A DNA stretch of 64,000 nt from the human T2T-CHM13v2.0 reference genome, Homo sapiens. Of the stretch, positions 1 to 64,000 are shown one piece after another. Each line of letters opens with the position of its first letter. Position 1 is the stretch's first letter. Location: the NCBI RefSeq assembly GCF_009914755.1, contig NC_060936.1, one strand, 5' to 3'. The notes beneath the pieces were generated by a model. That model was not told the origin of the DNA. It searched no databases and saw only the letters and a list, made by a program, of their open reading frames with translations. Position numbers and translations under genes: made by a program.

Positions 1-392
1 TAAGTCTTGTTCTGATTCACTTGAAGGTCCCTCTGAAGTGTCTGTTTCTGTCCCTCCCCCACCTCATTCTGATTCAGGAGACCCATGGAAGGCCTCTTTC
101 CTGTCAGGGAGCCTAGATCAGACCCCTCTCCAGGGACCTTTCCACAGACCAGGGTGCCTCTTCACCCACATTCCAGCAATGCCTTTTTCCCTGGAATTCC
201 AGCTGGGGCCGACCCCTGTTCTCTAGGCCTCCATGTCCCCACTCATACTCAGTGCTGCTTGCCATCTCCCATTCCAGACACAGACACACGCACACACTTT
301 AACACACATGCACACACACACAGCCCTCCCGGGGCCCTGTGGCTGGGTGCCAAGGATGTGACCAGAGCTGATGCCCTTCTCGGCTCCCCCAG

Positions 393-13537
<13,145 letters not shown>

Positions 13538-13715
13538 GGAATGCAGAGGACCTTTGGCATGCATCTCTCCCAGAGGAGATCTCTCCCCAGTAGTGCTGGT
13601 CACCCTCCGGCATCTGTGACTCTACCTCAAGGACCACATTTCCCAAAGGAAGCCTGGCCCAGGCACCCTGCCTCCTGCTCTGTTTGGGGATCAAGAACTG
13701 TAAATTTATGTATCA

Positions 13716-14000
<285 letters not shown>

Positions 14001-14176
14001 ATGACGGTGTTCAGAACAAGAACCTGCTACTCCTCTGTCACTTGGCGTGATGGTGATGGGCTACCTGGCCCTAGTGCAGGGCTTTTCCCATCTCACCCCT
14101 CAGGATCTGGGCCTCTGCCCCCACCTCCCATCCCGACAGACCACTGTCTCCAAGAGCAGAGCTTTAACTTCAGAAT

Positions 14177-14182
14177 TTTAGT
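14177..14182 (-). terminator. Candidate non-canonical TNFRSF1A poly(A) signal ACTAAA
   Basis: TGTAcatacACTAAA; no AATAAA in the UTR. Confidence 0.5.
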
Positions 14183-14326
14183 GTATGTACAAAAGTCCAC
14201 AGCTCCAGCTGAAGGCCCCATTGTTCCGTGCTCGCCCCTGCCTTAGGACAGTTCAGCTTGCTATGTGCTTGTCCAGGCAGAGGGCACAGGAGTGCCAAGT
14301 TTCTATTAGTGTAACATGATTGATTT

Positions 14327-14361
14327 AAAAACAAAACAAAACAAAACAAAAACAAAAAAAA
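14327..14361. repeat. (AAAAC)n microsatellite in the TNFRSF1A 3'UTR
   Basis: Read directly. Confidence 0.9.
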
Positions 14362-14489
14362 CTGCTTATGCACTGTGAAAAAGGCTCAGGGACGAACCAG
14401 GGGCCCCCGAGCAGCCTTGCTGGTGAGGACACCCAAAACGGGCATGAGGCATAGCGTCCCTCATCCTCGCAAACCACCCACTCAGGCTC

Positions 14490-27199
<12,710 letters not shown>

Positions 27200-27560
27200 G
27201 CCAGACAGCTATGGCCTCTCACTCCCCCATTTGGGCTCAGGGCAGTGTGGCAGCGGCAGTGCTGGGGCTTCCCGGGACTCGGTCTGTCCAGGACGTCCCA
27301 AGTGCCTTGGGGTGACAGTTGAGGGTTGAGACTCGGGCATAGAGATCACGGCCTGGTCCCAGTGATCTTGAACCCCAAAGGCCAGAACTGGAGCCTCAGT
27401 CCAGAGAATTCTGAGAAAATTAAAGCAGAGAGGAGGGGAGAGAAGGTGGGAGGGGAAGAGTGAGGCAGTGTTGCAACAGCGGGACAGGAAGAGCTGGAGG
27501 AGGAGGCCACAGGAGGCGGGAGGAGGAGGCCCAACGTTCTTTAACTCTTTGTAGTCCAGT
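27200..27560 (-). promoter_or_regulatory. TNFRSF1A TATA-less promoter and 5'UTR
   Basis: Pyrimidine-rich start region; palindrome TGTTGCAACA (C/EBP-like) at 27469-27478. Confidence 0.7.
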
Positions 27561-28429
27561 CACAAGCACAGGAGTCCCAGATCTGGCTGCCTTGTGCCCC
27601 CAACCCACCAATCCGACCACTCCCAACCAAACACCAAGGGGCAATAAGCCCCTTGCCCACATCACTAGCCTTTCCCAGATGGATCACAGCAGTGAAAAGA
27701 TCCAGAGTCTGGGAGTCAAATTCTCTGGGTTCCAATTCAGAATGCTTAGCTTTTTAGCTAAGAATGTGTCTTGGACACATAAATGAACTTCTCAGACACA
27801 TAACTGAACCTGTCTGGATCTGTTTTCCAATTTGCAGAGTGGAGATAACCTGTCTCCTGGGGTTCCTGTAAGGATTTGTTCAGATGGGAGAGATATAGAT
27901 AAGCGTCCGACACATGATAGGTACTCCATGTCCCTTAGTAATCCTCCCCTTTACTCCAGAGTTCTTCACTAGCCTCCTAGTCTCCCTCTTTCTTGGGAAT
28001 TTACTGATCCAATCCAAAACTCAAAGTAAGTCCCAACCCTCGTTTTCTGCCCTGACTGGGTGCCTGCCATTCCTCACCCCAGGTCTCATCCAGTCTCTGC
28101 CTGGCCAGGTCCCCCCACCCTGCCCCACTGTTGATCCTGGCTCTGCCACCAATCATGCGACATCAGGCAACTCCTCTCCTAAGCCTCTGTTGGTTCCTTG
28201 TTTATTAAACAGGGGTAACAATGTCTGCCCACCTACATGGGGAAAGTGATGCCATGAGAATCAATGAGACGTATCCACGAAGCTGCCGTGGAAATAAAGA
28301 TACCTCCATCAGGTGTTCCTAGCATATTCCCAGTGCCCTTTTCCTAAATATTCCAATACATCAATTATAACTCACCTTACAGATCATCGACTACAACCCC
28401 CTAGGTTTTTTTATTTCTTCGTTTGCTTG

Positions 28430-28726
<297 letters not shown>

Positions 28727-29844
28727 CCCAACTGCCCGGTTTTATAGAGGAGAAAACTGAGGTCCAGAAACCCAATGTGCCAGGAGGCAGAGCCAACAGA
28801 GAACCCCAGACTCCCGACTGCCGGTCCAAGGGCCCCTTTGGCTATGAGAGACACACTGCCACTTTTTCTGTCACTGAGTCAGACCCCACATCCTGACTCT
28901 GGTTACTTTATGCCATCCTCATTGATGCAGACATCTCCCAAGAGAATCCTACAACAAAGGTACCACATTTACCCAACTATCTTCTTGGTACAATGACCTT
29001 CCCTACATCCAGCCCCGCCCAAGGGCCTGCTGGGCTGCTAGAAATGCAGGCAGCTAGAAATTTCTAGCTGCTGAGGCTGCTAGAAATGCAGGCAGACAGA
29101 GAAGAGGGAGGTCCTAGGGCTTTGGAACTTGAAACCAGAGCTCCTCACCCCTTATCCCTCTGAGATGACCTCCCAGCCCCAAGTCCACCGTCCCCTGGCT
29201 CTTCCTGGCTTCCCCTCTGTGATCCGCAGATGAGAATGGAGCTTCAGTGTCCCTCACTGCGGGGGGAGCTGACTTTACTCCACCCCATCGTCCAGCTTCT
29301 GGAGAACTGTAGGGTTGAAGCTGGATTCAGAAAGGAAGCAGCTCACCACCATCACAAAGGGAGACCCCAGGGACAGGAGAAGCGAACCCAAAGCAGTGTT
29401 CTTGAAGAAGCAGGAGCCTCAGAATCAAGTGCAAGTTTCCAGTATGAAGCAGCGAGAAGAACCTCGGTCTGCTCATCTAAAAAATGGGAAACCTGCTGGT
29501 ACCCTTCACAGAGCTAGCTTGATGCTTAAATCAAGCATATAAAGTGTTTGGCAAGTGTTTGCCATATATTAAGCATTTAGTAAGTGGTAGCAATTAATTT
29601 TTTTTTTGAAACAGGAGCTTGCTCTCACCCAGGCTAAAGTGCAATGGTGCAATCATAGCTCACCTAACCTAGAACTACTGGCCTCAAGCTAGCCTCCCAC
29701 ATCAGCCTTCCGAGTGGCTAAGACTACCATCGCACACCACTATGCCCAGCTAGTTGTATTAATGATTTAATAACAACTTCAGAAGGATAAGTGATACAGG
29801 GGAGTATGGTATGTGAGAGGGCGGCAAAAAAAAAAAAAAAAAAG

Positions 29845-30474
<630 letters not shown>

Positions 30475-32283
30475 TAATAGTCTGTGCAAAGCGCCAAAGC
30501 CGTGACACATAGCCTGGTACAAAAGGAGAATATTTTTCAATATTTAGGATACATGCTTATTTACTCAATAACTTTACAACTTTGACACGTCATATTACAT
30601 TTTTCAATAAAATTTTGTTTAAAAAAAAAGATGATGAGAAGTGAGTGGATCTAGGAATATGAAAAGCTAACACGTTTCGTGGAGGAGGTGAGAATGAGAC
30701 CATCATCCCTCCAGGGACAGAAAAAAATCATGGTCAGAGGAGATGGAGAAACAGGAGAGGGGCAGACTAGGGATGACAGAATCGGCTGTTAGGGCTTGTA
30801 GAGCAAAGGATGAAGAAAACAGCTACAGAGAGCAGGGACCTTCCTCCCGCATCATGGCACACACACACACACACACATGCTTAACCCAAAGGGTCACTGG
30901 ACTCCAAGTCCAGATGACGTGGGTTCTAGCCCCAGACCTGCCATTCAGACTCTATGTGTCACAGGGTGGCAGGGTGAGTCATAGAAAGGGAGCTGGGTTC
31001 ATGGCAGGTTCTCTAAGAATTATGAAGCTCAGCAAGTCACTTCAACTACTAAGCCTGATAAGGAAAATGAGTCAACTTGAACCCTTTTATCGCTAACAGC
31101 CTGATTCCAACTCCTAACCCCAGGGTCCAGGAGTAACCCATAGACAAGTGAATGGAGATAAGGAGACAGCTCTGGGGAAAAAAGCAGGAGGCAAGAGAAG
31201 CAGGAGCCTGGGGGAGCTGACTGCAGTCATCCGTAATACATCTGGCTATGTCCGGCAGGTCCTCCTGCCCCAGCCAGAGGAGAGGGCACTGGGGACCAGG
31301 TGGGCCAAGGCTGAGGCTGAGGGGGCAGACAAGTGCCGTCTGCACCTGAGGGCGCTGACAGAGGAGACTGCAACACCATTTCCCCTTCATCAGCTCAAGT
31401 CCAGGAAAGGGAAGTCAGCAGTCGTCACACCGTTTCAGGTCATGACCCTGTCTACCTTCCTACCCCTGTCACCAGCTCCTTCTCCTCTTTCCCCGAAAGT
31501 CTCTTCCTCCTTTGGCTCCTCAGAACAGGGAGACTGCAATTAAGATGAATAAGACTAAGGTGGCAGGGACAGAATCCCCAAAGATGGTGAGAAAGGGTCA
31601 CTTCTGGATTCCAGGTCTTATGCTGGAGTGGGGGAGAAACAAGGATCGGAGAGCTGGAGTTCCACTCGCACATCCTTCAGCCCCTCCCTGGACCTCAGTC
31701 TCTCCTTTACTAAAGCTGGGAGGATTCCCTGTGCCCCTCTCTGCAATCATGTACCAATAAGACCATATAAGGCTTTGCATTTCCAGGAGAAACTGGCCTG
31801 AGCCTCATCATCCTCCACCACCACCAGACAGCTGATGGGAGGCAGGCAGATGAGGGTTCATTGCCGCCAGGTGGTAAGTGGGACTCAGCAAGTGGAGTGG
31901 GGGATGGGGAGGTTAGTGATGATGGTGACTAAAGCAGAGAAGGAAAAGGAGGTTCAGACAGTGGAGAGGGCAAGTCTCCCCAAACACTGTGAGGTAGGTC
32001 CCCTGAAGGGGTGGCATCATGTCTTCCCCCTTCCACCCTAACATGGCCATGGGCACATAGCAGACGCTCAGCAACACCCATGGAGGAATTCACCAGAACG
32101 TTTGTCCCTCTTAAGACCCCGTGAAGAATGGTCACTTCCATGGTGCAGCCAAGGGGCATGGGAGTCTGTACCCTCTCCCAGCCCCAGGACCTCCCAGAAG
32201 CTTGGGTGATGACTTATATCCACCCCCTACCCTCTTCATGATGCCCCATCCAGCTCTCCAGACATTCCTTCATGCAACAAACA

Positions 32284-32289
32284 TTTATT
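32284..32289 (-). terminator. SCNN1A polyadenylation signal
   Basis: AATAAA on the minus strand about 1 kb past the stop codon, inside an L2-like end. Confidence 0.8.
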
Positions 32290-33294
32290 GAGCTCCTGCC
32301 TACTTGCTCCAAGCAGGATGATGGGCTAGACATGGAGCATACATAAACGGGCAAGATTCAGTCCCTGACCGCAAGGCACTTACAGTCTAGTTGGGAAGGG
32401 AGACACAAATGTACAAGAAAGTATGGTGCAACAGCAACACTCCAGCAGATGTTATAGTGTGCTACGGGAGCCCAGGAGAAGGCGGAGTGATCAATTTTGG
32501 GGAAGACAAGATGTGGCAGAAGCGTTCACAAAAGTAATGGTGTCTGAGCAGGGTTCTAAGGGATGCATAGGAGTTCTCTGGCAGATGGTTGGGGAAACTT
32601 TCAGGCTGAGGAAATATCTCAAGCAGACATGTAGAGGTATGAAAGACACAGGGCAGAGGTGCCGGGGCATGGCTCTGTGAGGGCACGGGTATGAGGCTAG
32701 AGGAGCCCTGGGTCTGCCTTTACTTACCCGGGTCTGCTCTAGCCCTAGCCCTCGGGAGTCAGGGAAGGGGAATTGCCTAAGTAACAAAGGGGGCTTTTGG
32801 GTGGGGTTTCCCACCCAAGTTCAAGAGGAGGAGCAGACATCTGTGCTACTGGAGAGCAGTGTGGCCAGGCCAGTCGGGGGCTGGCTTAAGCCGTCGCTGG
32901 GCAGGAAACCCGTGCATGCCTGCGTGTACCCTTGGTTGTGTTTTGTCCTGGTTATCAGCGGTTTCTTAGGAAAGTTCCTTGTCAAAGCTCCAAGTTTCGC
33001 TTGGCTGATCCAAGGGAAAAAGAGACTTAGCCGCAGTTGGGTGGGGAAACCAGAGTGTTCAGAGGCAGTACCAAGGGGTACAGGGCTGGAGCCAAGGCAC
33101 TTCTGGGCAGCTTCATCAGCTACTGTTCTTGGAGCAACTTCCTGAGCCCTTACCCATCTTGCTTCCCCTCCACACATCAACGGCAGTTTGGGCGGCTCTG
33201 AGAGGAAGCCCTGCACATCCTTCAATCTTGCCAGGGCCAGCACCCTCCCACCAGAGGAGCATCTGCCTTGGTGTGAGAAACCTCTCCTTCCCTC

Positions 33295-61240
<27,946 letters not shown>

Positions 61241-61562
61241 TCAGCTCCTGCCTCTCACTCCCTCTCTATCTGCCTTCTGTTTCTCTTTGGGTCTCTCCTG
61301 CTCTCCTCTTTCTGGCCTGCCTCCTCTCTCTAATCCTGCCTCTCTTCCTCTCCCCCCCTTGCCTTGCCCCCTCTCACTCTAGGCCCTCAGCTCCAGCCTC
61401 TGGCCCTGACCTCGAGCTGTGTCCTGATTCTGTCTCTGCCCCAGGACTGCAGGGCTCCAGGAGGTCTGGGCTGCCTCCAGCTTCCCACTCCCAGGTTGCG
61501 GCTGGACTGGGACTGGTTCCTTTCCAGTTGAATCTGGCAGCCAAACCTCTCCTCCCCCTCAC

Positions 61563-61700
61563 CTGACAGGTGCAGCGGCCTGGCTGGGGAGCCCGCCCGC
61601 TGGCCGGCCAGGGATGGAAGCGACAGGAATCTCATTAGCATCTCAATTAAAGGTGAGCAGGGCGGGGGGAGGGGCTGAGGAGGAGTCAGAGCCGGGAGTT
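61563..61700 (-). other. SCNN1A: SCNN1A non-coding exon 1 (5' end approximate)
   Basis: Donor ...CACCTGTCAG|gtgag at 61563; GC-rich; matches the recalled mRNA 5'UTR. Confidence 0.75.
61614..61652 (+). CDS. LTBR: Probable LTBR alternative first coding exon (MEATGISLASQLK)
   Basis: gggATGG start in good Kozak context, 13 codons, strong donor AAG|gtgag; peptide matches a recalled LTBR isoform N-terminus; LTBR is the known downstream neighbour. Confidence 0.75.
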
Positions 61701-62375
61701 TTCCGAAGGAAGGAGGGCTCCCGAGGGCAGGTGAACTGGGAGTACTGGACCTGAGAAGGCGGACTCTGGGCAGGGGCTTTAGACGCAGACAGGCAAGGAG
61801 GCTGGGGGACAGGATGGCAGGTGAGGGGCAAAGATCTGAACAAGTAGAAGGATCCTGAGCCCACAGCTAGGAGGGCAACACAAGGAGAAGGGGCCAGCCA
61901 GGCTGAGAGGGCCTGGGTGGGGAACCGGGAGGACAGGAGGGCAGAAAGAGGGAGACAATAGAGAGGGACAGCGAAGGACAGAGAGATAGGGATGGAGGAG
62001 GGGCACTGAGTGAGTAGAGGCAGGTGGGGGGCAGTGGTGGGGGCAAATAGAAGGAGCCAGCACCAAAGGGAGTCTGTCTCCAGGAAGGAGAGCAAGGGGG
62101 GAGTCCCAAGTGTGCTTCCAGGAGCTAGAGGCTCAGCAAGTGGGCAGCCCTCCAAGGGCACCCACAGGTCAGCCTCACCCTCAGGCCCTGCAGAGAAGAG
62201 AGAAGAGGTCTCTGCAGGTCTCCTCCCCGCTCACTAAGTGGGAGCAGCGCACTCAGGTGGGATGCGTCTGCCTCCTCCTGGTCCCTCCTCTTTCCTGCTG
62301 ATTCCTCGCCACCCCCTCCAACCTTGTCCAGACCCGGGAGGGGCCCAGGTGAAGCTGGGGGCTAGGCGGGGCCCT

Positions 62376-62390
62376 AGGACATTCTGTTCT
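62376..62390 (-). promoter_or_regulatory. Glucocorticoid/mineralocorticoid response element of SCNN1A
   Basis: AGAACAgaaTGTCCT on the minus strand; next to GC box GGCGGGGC. Confidence 0.85.
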
Positions 62391-62492
62391 TTTTTACACT
62401 GTTGGCTGCCAGGCCAGGAATGTGTAATCGCCCCTGCTGTGGTCACAGAGTTGCAGGAATGTGGGCAACCAGAGGCAGCGCGAGGGCCACGC

Positions 62493-62507
62493 AGGACACT
62501 GTGGACA
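62493..62507 (-). promoter_or_regulatory. Second, imperfect GRE-like site
   Basis: TGTCCAcagTGTCCT on the minus strand. Confidence 0.5.
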
Positions 62508-63309
62508 CAGACCCGGAGCCCAGGAAGAGGCAGGGAAAGCAGGCACTGAAGGTGCAGGGAGGATGTGGCCAGCGCTGGAAAGGAAGAGGGTGGGCATGGC
62601 ACACGCCTAGACAGGCCCTGGGAGGAGGAGAAATTCGTTGATGGGCTATATTTTCTCCAAAATCTCTTTCCAAACTTAATGCAGCAAAAGGATAAGGAGT
62701 GGAGTGCCAAGTGGTGAGCAAGGAGAGAGAGGAGGGTCAGAGAATCAGACCCAAAAAGGGCTGGAGGAGACTCGGGAGAGCCACCCACACAACCCAGGCC
62801 CTGCACGCGGCAGGGAAGGCTGCCGCTTCCTCACGGGCCCCACAGGAGGCAGCCCAGAGTGCAGGAATGTGGTCACTGGCTTGTCCTGCCTCCCTCCACA
62901 AGCCAGCAGACAAAGGCCCAGCCTGAGCATTGATACACACCGGGGGAGGAGATAGGCCTGCAATACAATAAGATAAGGTTTCTATTTGTACACTTTAAAA
63001 GATTGTCTTTAAAACGGACTTCTAACAAAAGTGCAGATCTCAGATTTCTCAGAGATAAGACATAAGAGCCAAGGGCTAGGGGAGCCTAGGGGCTCACTGC
63101 AGGAGACTCAGGAAGCCTTCCCAGAGAAGGTGTCATCTCTGCTGAATCTTGACAAGCAAGGAGTTTAGCAGGCAAAGAAGAGAAAAGGCAGTACTCCAGG
63201 CTCAGGGTCCAACCTGGTCTGTGGCTTCCTCTCTTGCGGCAGTCTCTTGCGACTTCTTAAAGTGAAAGCCGGTGTCAACCAGGATTCCAAACCAGGTTCC
63301 CTTGCTTAC

Positions 63310-63324
63310 CTTGATACTGCTCAT
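63310..63324 (-). CDS. SCNN1A: SCNN1A alternative upstream exon, coding part (MSSIK), splicing in frame to 60895
   Basis: ATG AGC AGT ATC AAG|gtaag; phase-0 join to GGG AAC AAG gives +23 aa; matches my recollection of an annotated isoform. Confidence 0.8.
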
Positions 63325-64000
63325 GATACCTCCCCTTGGAAGGGACAGCTGGATTTTTCTTCATTGTCCTAATGAAGAAACTGACCCTTCCCAAGGATAA
63401 ATCAGTTTTCTGAGGTTAGAAAACAAAATAGGAGCAGAGCTATAAACAGAATTCAGAATTCTCCTCCTCCTCTGGGGCTATCTACTTAGCGCTTTTGCCA
63501 TTTACTTCCTGAGACAGACTCATGGGGGATCGGGGCTCAGGTGCACCTGGATGTGAAAGCCGGGAAGGCCTCCCTCACTCCCACACAGAGCCCGTGGATT
63601 CGTCTGCTCTCTGGGTGCTGGGTTATCTCCTTGGCTCTGTGAAAAGGTCTCTGCACTGTCCCCACTGCCCCACATATCCCAGAGACCCCTAGAAACTCCA
63701 GTCTCCCTTGAGCCAGGTCCTTACATTGGGCATGGTCCTCCCTGCAATAAGGTGCTCAGCACCCTGGCTGTTTGATCTCAAAGGTTCTGAAAAGCACCTC
63801 CCTGCCTTTTCTATTTGCCAGCTCATGCCTGAAATCCAACCACTAGCTTAAGGCAGCATGGCAAATAGTTTTCATATCAAGGGCTCTGTGAGAAGAATTG
63901 CAATGCCTGGTCTGGGCTGAGCCAAAGGGTGGTGACCCTGCCACGTCCTGCCGGGTATGGGAGTGGCAATGCGAGCCTAGTGCTGCAGCATTCTAGACCT

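Noticed and set aside
30480-30629. AATAAA plus A-run suggesting a processed pseudogene
   Set aside because: No ORF, TSD or recognisable parent; more likely an old repeat end.

Overview
Human genomic DNA from the 12p13.31 cluster. It holds the 3' ~692 codons of PLEKHG6 (+, 13 coding exons, 393-13537), the complete TNFRSF1A/TNFR1 CDS (-, 10 exons, 1368 nt, 27199-14704) and the complete SCNN1A/alpha-ENaC CDS (-, 12 coding exons, 2010 nt, 60841-33295, plus alternative 5' exons at about 61563-61700 and 63310-63324). A plus-strand mini-exon at 61614-61652 looks like the alternative first coding exon of LTBR. All exon borders were read from the sequence and join in frame. The rest is Alu/L1/L2/MIR/LTR-rich intron. 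I see no new protein-coding system. The most unusual structure is a cluster of locally templated insertions in SCNN1A intron 2: a perfect 81/81-bp inverted copy of non-repeat DNA 2.1 kb from its source, an older ~230-bp direct copy, and a 43-bp inverted copy dropped into an Alu. Other points of note are a 60-bp triplication that builds the alpha-ENaC N-terminus, a GC-AG intron, a 10-nt last exon that adds a PDZ ligand to PLEKHG6, uORFs in TNFRSF1A, and what appears to be the TNFRSF1A c.625+10G (exon-6-skipping) haplotype.
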